A stretch of 64,000 nt of DNA, taken from positions 1,472,001 through 1,536,000 of the forward strand of contig CBDHHL010000056.1 in assembly GCA_965263355.1 (NCBI GenBank). Reading direction: 5' to 3'. The stretch's first letter is position 1, and each line of letters starts with the position of its first letter. This document shows positions 61,142-64,000 of this stretch, piece by piece. The notes below the pieces were generated by a model, which was not told where the DNA came from, did not search any database, and worked only from the letters and a program-made list of their open reading frames with translations. The translations under genes and the position numbers were made by a program. This stretch comes from Leptolyngbyaceae cyanobacterium. Its GTDB lineage: Bacteria > Cyanobacteriota > Cyanobacteriia > Phormidesmidales > Phormidesmidaceae.

Positions 61142-61512
61142 CCAACGAAGGCAACAACATAGAACTATATAAACAAACGCCTTAACAGATATTTTAGGAA
61201 TGGCTGACCAGAGCCATGGCTGAAAACAGACAAACCATGACAATTCCTAAAGCCCAAATCAATTCATAAAAAGCATAGTTTACATTCTCTGGATACGTAG
61301 TCATCCGGCGACTACGCTCGTTGTCTGGCATTAAAGTCATGGGCCTAAGACTGCTCCTTATATAGGGTGGACTTAGGAAACTAGTGTAGGCAAGCATATT
61401 TGGGGATCATTGCCAGTACCAGAAAAATTTACCTCCCCTAGTCAAATTAAATATTTGGAAACATTTGTTTAAAATCCTGGCATCAGCTGAGTCATTATTC
61501 AGACAATGAAAC

Positions 61513-63522
61513 TTATATTGATTGGGTAATGGGTAATTGAATGATGAAGATGCTGCCTTGTGGAGCATTAGGTTGGAAGGTGAGGCAACCATGATGTTGC
61601 TGAATATATTGATAGGCTACAGCTAGCCCTAAACCCGTTCCTTCTCCAACGGGTTTAGTGGAAAAAAACGGGTCAAAGACTTTCTCTTTAATAGAGAGGG
61701 GAATGCCAGGACCCGTATCGTGAATTGAGACGGTTACCCAATTTTCTGCCTGAGTACAGGTATGAATACTAATTTGCTTTAAGGCATTTTTACTAAGAGA
61801 GTTGATAGCCTCAATGGCATTTAGCAAAATCTGCATGAATACCTGATTTATTGCACCAGGTTCACAGTGTACTAAGGGAAGTTTTTCATAGTCTTTAATA
61901 ATCTTGATGTCATTACCGATACGTGACTTTAAAATCAGTAATGTGTTGTCGAGGCTTCTATTTAAATCAGTTGGTTTAATACCTTGTTCGTGATTGCAGG
62001 CAAACGATTGCAGACTCCGAACAATAGTTTCTATACGCTCTGCACCCTTAGTAACAGATTGCAAGATTTTGGGCATATCCTCCTGGATATAGTCCAGATC
62101 AATTTCTTGACTATAACGGTCGGCTGCTGAAGAAGTCTCTGCTTTTGTCTGTTGTTGGTATAAGCTGATCAGTCCCAAGAGGTCTTTCCCATAGCCCTTT
62201 AGAACATCAATGTTGCCAGTAATAAATGTCAACGGGTTATTAAACTCATGGGCAATGCCTCCCACTAACTGCCCTAGACTAGACAATTTCTCAGTTTGAA
62301 TGAGTTGGGCTTGGGTATGTTTCAGTTCCTGCAATGTGCAGCTAAGTTCATCAGTGCGTTCAGTGACTCGCCGTTCTAGCGTTCGTTCAGCCTGTTTTTG
62401 ACGGCGAACCGCATCAATTAACACTGCAATGGCAATGGTACCAAGGATAAAGATGGAAAGGGCATACCATGTTAGCTGACGATACTGTTGGTAAAACGAC
62501 AGTTTCTGATTGATCAGCACACTGCCAAGTGGGAGATTATGGTGCTTAATATTAAGACGTTCTAATTCTTGAGCATCAAAAATCCATTGGTTCTTGGCCT
62601 TGATAATAGGGTCTACTTGATCAACTGGCATCCCGTCTAACAGTTTTTCGGCAAGCTGAACAGCTTGTTTGGCATGATAGCTACCTTCAAGGACTCTACC
62701 TCCCACCACACCATGACCTAAATCTGCACTACTGACTGTGTAAATTGGGTTTTCTAACTGCGATCGCAATAACTGAATCGTTTCCTCAAAGGGTAACAAT
62801 GCTCCATCTTCATCGCCTGAACGCAGTTGTCCCCGCAAAAACACAGGCCAATCATTGGGATAGCTCCCAAGTGTTTGCTCAATACTGGTGGAAGTGACAT
62901 CCACCACCACTGTAATATCGGGTAGTGTTTTATCATCAGCTTGAATTTGCTTGAGATGCTCAAGATTTGCCTGACCTGTTTCTGTAGAATCGTTGAGAAA
63001 GATAATGTGGTCGGCTTGAGTTTGGCGTGTTGCCTCTAACAGTGTGTCTTTATAACTGTGAGTTTCAAAGACTCCAGTCAACCAAGGAATGGTTAATAAC
63101 TGGTCTTGAACATGATTAATGCCCAGAAAAACAACCGGTAAATCTGGAAAATATTGGTCGCGGTTCGCCAGAACCATATTCAACCCAGGATCGTCTGCCA
63201 CCATCAATACTTGCAGCTCTGTATCCTGATACTTTTTATCGAGATAGCTTAAAAACGCTTGATGATGCCCTAAATCTGGATAACGTTTCGCATCTAAGAA
63301 CTCGTGATACACCGTAACCGCATGGCGACTAGCTTGAAATCCTTCATCAATGCCTTTTTTTCCTTGTGCTGTCCAGGAAAGCTCAGGATTATAAGAATGA
63401 ATAACTAGTATGTTTGAATTATTTTGATGCAGCGATTGGGCGGTAACTGGTGTGGCAAATCCTATAAGCAGGAGTGACAAACAGTAGGCTGTTTTTCGTT
63501 TTAGACTGCTTGTGTGTACCAT
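61513..63522 (-). CDS. Sensor histidine kinase with fused ABC substrate-binding-like periplasmic domain
   Basis: ILVIHSY...[42 protein letters not shown]. Confidence 0.9.
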   Translation of the reverse strand: MVHTSSLKRKTAYCLSLLLIGFATPVTAQSLHQNNSNILVIHSYNPELSWTAQGKKGIDEGFQASRHAVTVYHEFLDAKRYPDLGHHQAFLSYLDKKYQDTELQVLMVADDPGLNMVLANRDQYFPDLPVVFLGINHVQDQLLTIPWLTGVFETHSYKDTLLEATRQTQADHIIFLNDSTETGQANLEHLKQIQADDKTLPDITVVVDVTSTSIEQTLGSYPNDWPVFLRGQLRSGDEDGALLPFEETIQLLRSQLENPIYTVSSADLGHGVVGGRVLEGSYHAKQAVQLAEKLLDGMPVDQVDPIIKAKNQWIFDAQELERLNIKHHNLPLGSVLINQKLSFYQQYRQLTWYALSIFILGTIAIAVLIDAVRRQKQAERTLERRVTERTDELSCTLQELKHTQAQLIQTEKLSSLGQLVGGIAHEFNNPLTFITGNIDVLKGYGKDLLGLISLYQQQTKAETSSAADRYSQEIDLDYIQEDMPKILQSVTKGAERIETIVRSLQSFACNHEQGIKPTDLNRSLDNTLLILKSRIGNDIKIIKDYEKLPLVHCEPGAINQVFMQILLNAIEAINSLSKNALKQISIHTCTQAENWVTVSIHDTGPGIPLSIKEKVFDPFFSTKPVGEGTGLGLAVAYQYIQQHHGCLTFQPNAPQGSIFIIQLPITQSI

Positions 63523-63721
63523 AGGCTGCCTTTAAGAGATATCCATCAGTACAGTGAGTCTCTGCTATATTTCAAGCTTTCTTCTAAATGTGCCCAAATT
63601 ATTCCTCAGTCACACTACTTAGTTACTCTTAAGGAGTACGACATGTATCTTTCAACACATAGCAATGTTAAATATGGCTCACTGCAGTGAGTGTAATAGG
63701 GCAGCAATTCTCAATATGAAA

Positions 63722-63766
63722 AATGATGCATTAATCCTTAAGTATGCCAGGGATTAATGCATCATT
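63722..63766. repeat. Perfect 16-bp inverted repeat
   Basis: AATGATGCATTAATCC-N13-GGATTAATGCATCATT. Confidence 0.8.
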
Positions 63767-63926
63767 ATGTCCTTGCCAACCATGCTCATCTCTTAAAACC
63801 ATCAAGATATTTCGATACCTTAATGAACTAGTAATGACAGACCGCAAAGATCGAAGCGATGATTGGATTATCCAAAAATCATCCTTGCGGTAAGGTAGCG
63901 TCCAAACAACACCCAAGCTTCATAGC

Positions 63927-64000
63927 CTATGCCGATAGAGGTAGTTGGTTAGTTTGATAATAGTCTTTGAACCAGTCTATAAACTTGGGAAGGCCTACTT
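63927..64000 (-). CDS. C-terminus of probable NAD-dependent epimerase (runs off window)
   Basis: VGLPKFIDWFKDYYQTNQLPLSA* resembles UDP-glucuronate epimerase ends. Confidence 0.55.
   Translation of the reverse strand, partial: VGLPKFIDWFKDYYQTNQLPLSA

Larger units (their letters stand above)
10045..62767. repeat. Dispersed HIP1 octamers (GCGATCGC)
   Basis: Roughly twenty copies seen by eye (near 10045, 12086, 15372, 29962, 39761, 47723, 59492, 62760 and others), far above chance. Confidence 0.9.

Noticed and set aside
470..62963. Numerous short ORFs overlapping long genes (e.g. 470-895, 11792-12268, 44238-44639, 58284-58861)
   Set aside because: Antisense or alternate-frame shadows of well-supported genes, lacking motifs or RBS.

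Overview
Chromosomal segment of a cyanobacterium: frequent HIP1 GCGATCGC octamers, phycobilin/chlorophyll genes and purK followed by 6S RNA. The gene content suggests a filamentous Leptolyngbya-like lineage, which is inference only. Housekeeping genes include glgX (partial), purK, a U32 hydroxylase, FHA-PBP1A, lspA, bioY, hemB, ho1, ftsI, gmk, pcyA, a PRK-family kinase and ilvD. Accessory blocks are: (i) OhrR-GST followed by decayed PIN-toxin and CopD-like genes; (ii) an acsF / hemF-ho2 tetrapyrrole cluster with a ChlR-type box; (iii) a tandem array of [solute-binding lipoprotein + hybrid histidine kinase] units with no transporter, including a decayed third kinase and near-identical receiver domains; (iv) an internally deleted IS1-like element between two 5'-truncated pseudogenes. 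The most striking unannotated signal is four candidate small RNAs in two tandem pairs (23.1-23.6 kb on +, 34.4-34.9 kb on -). All four carry TATRTNTAAAC just before an intrinsic terminator, and both loci contain CRP-type boxes. Also seen: an lrtA/hpf-like mini-ORF in a structured transcript, a DnaA-box-like cluster, a MITE and two GTAG-type REP palindromes. No CRISPR array, tRNA or rRNA was seen. All calls were made by eye, with no database searches.
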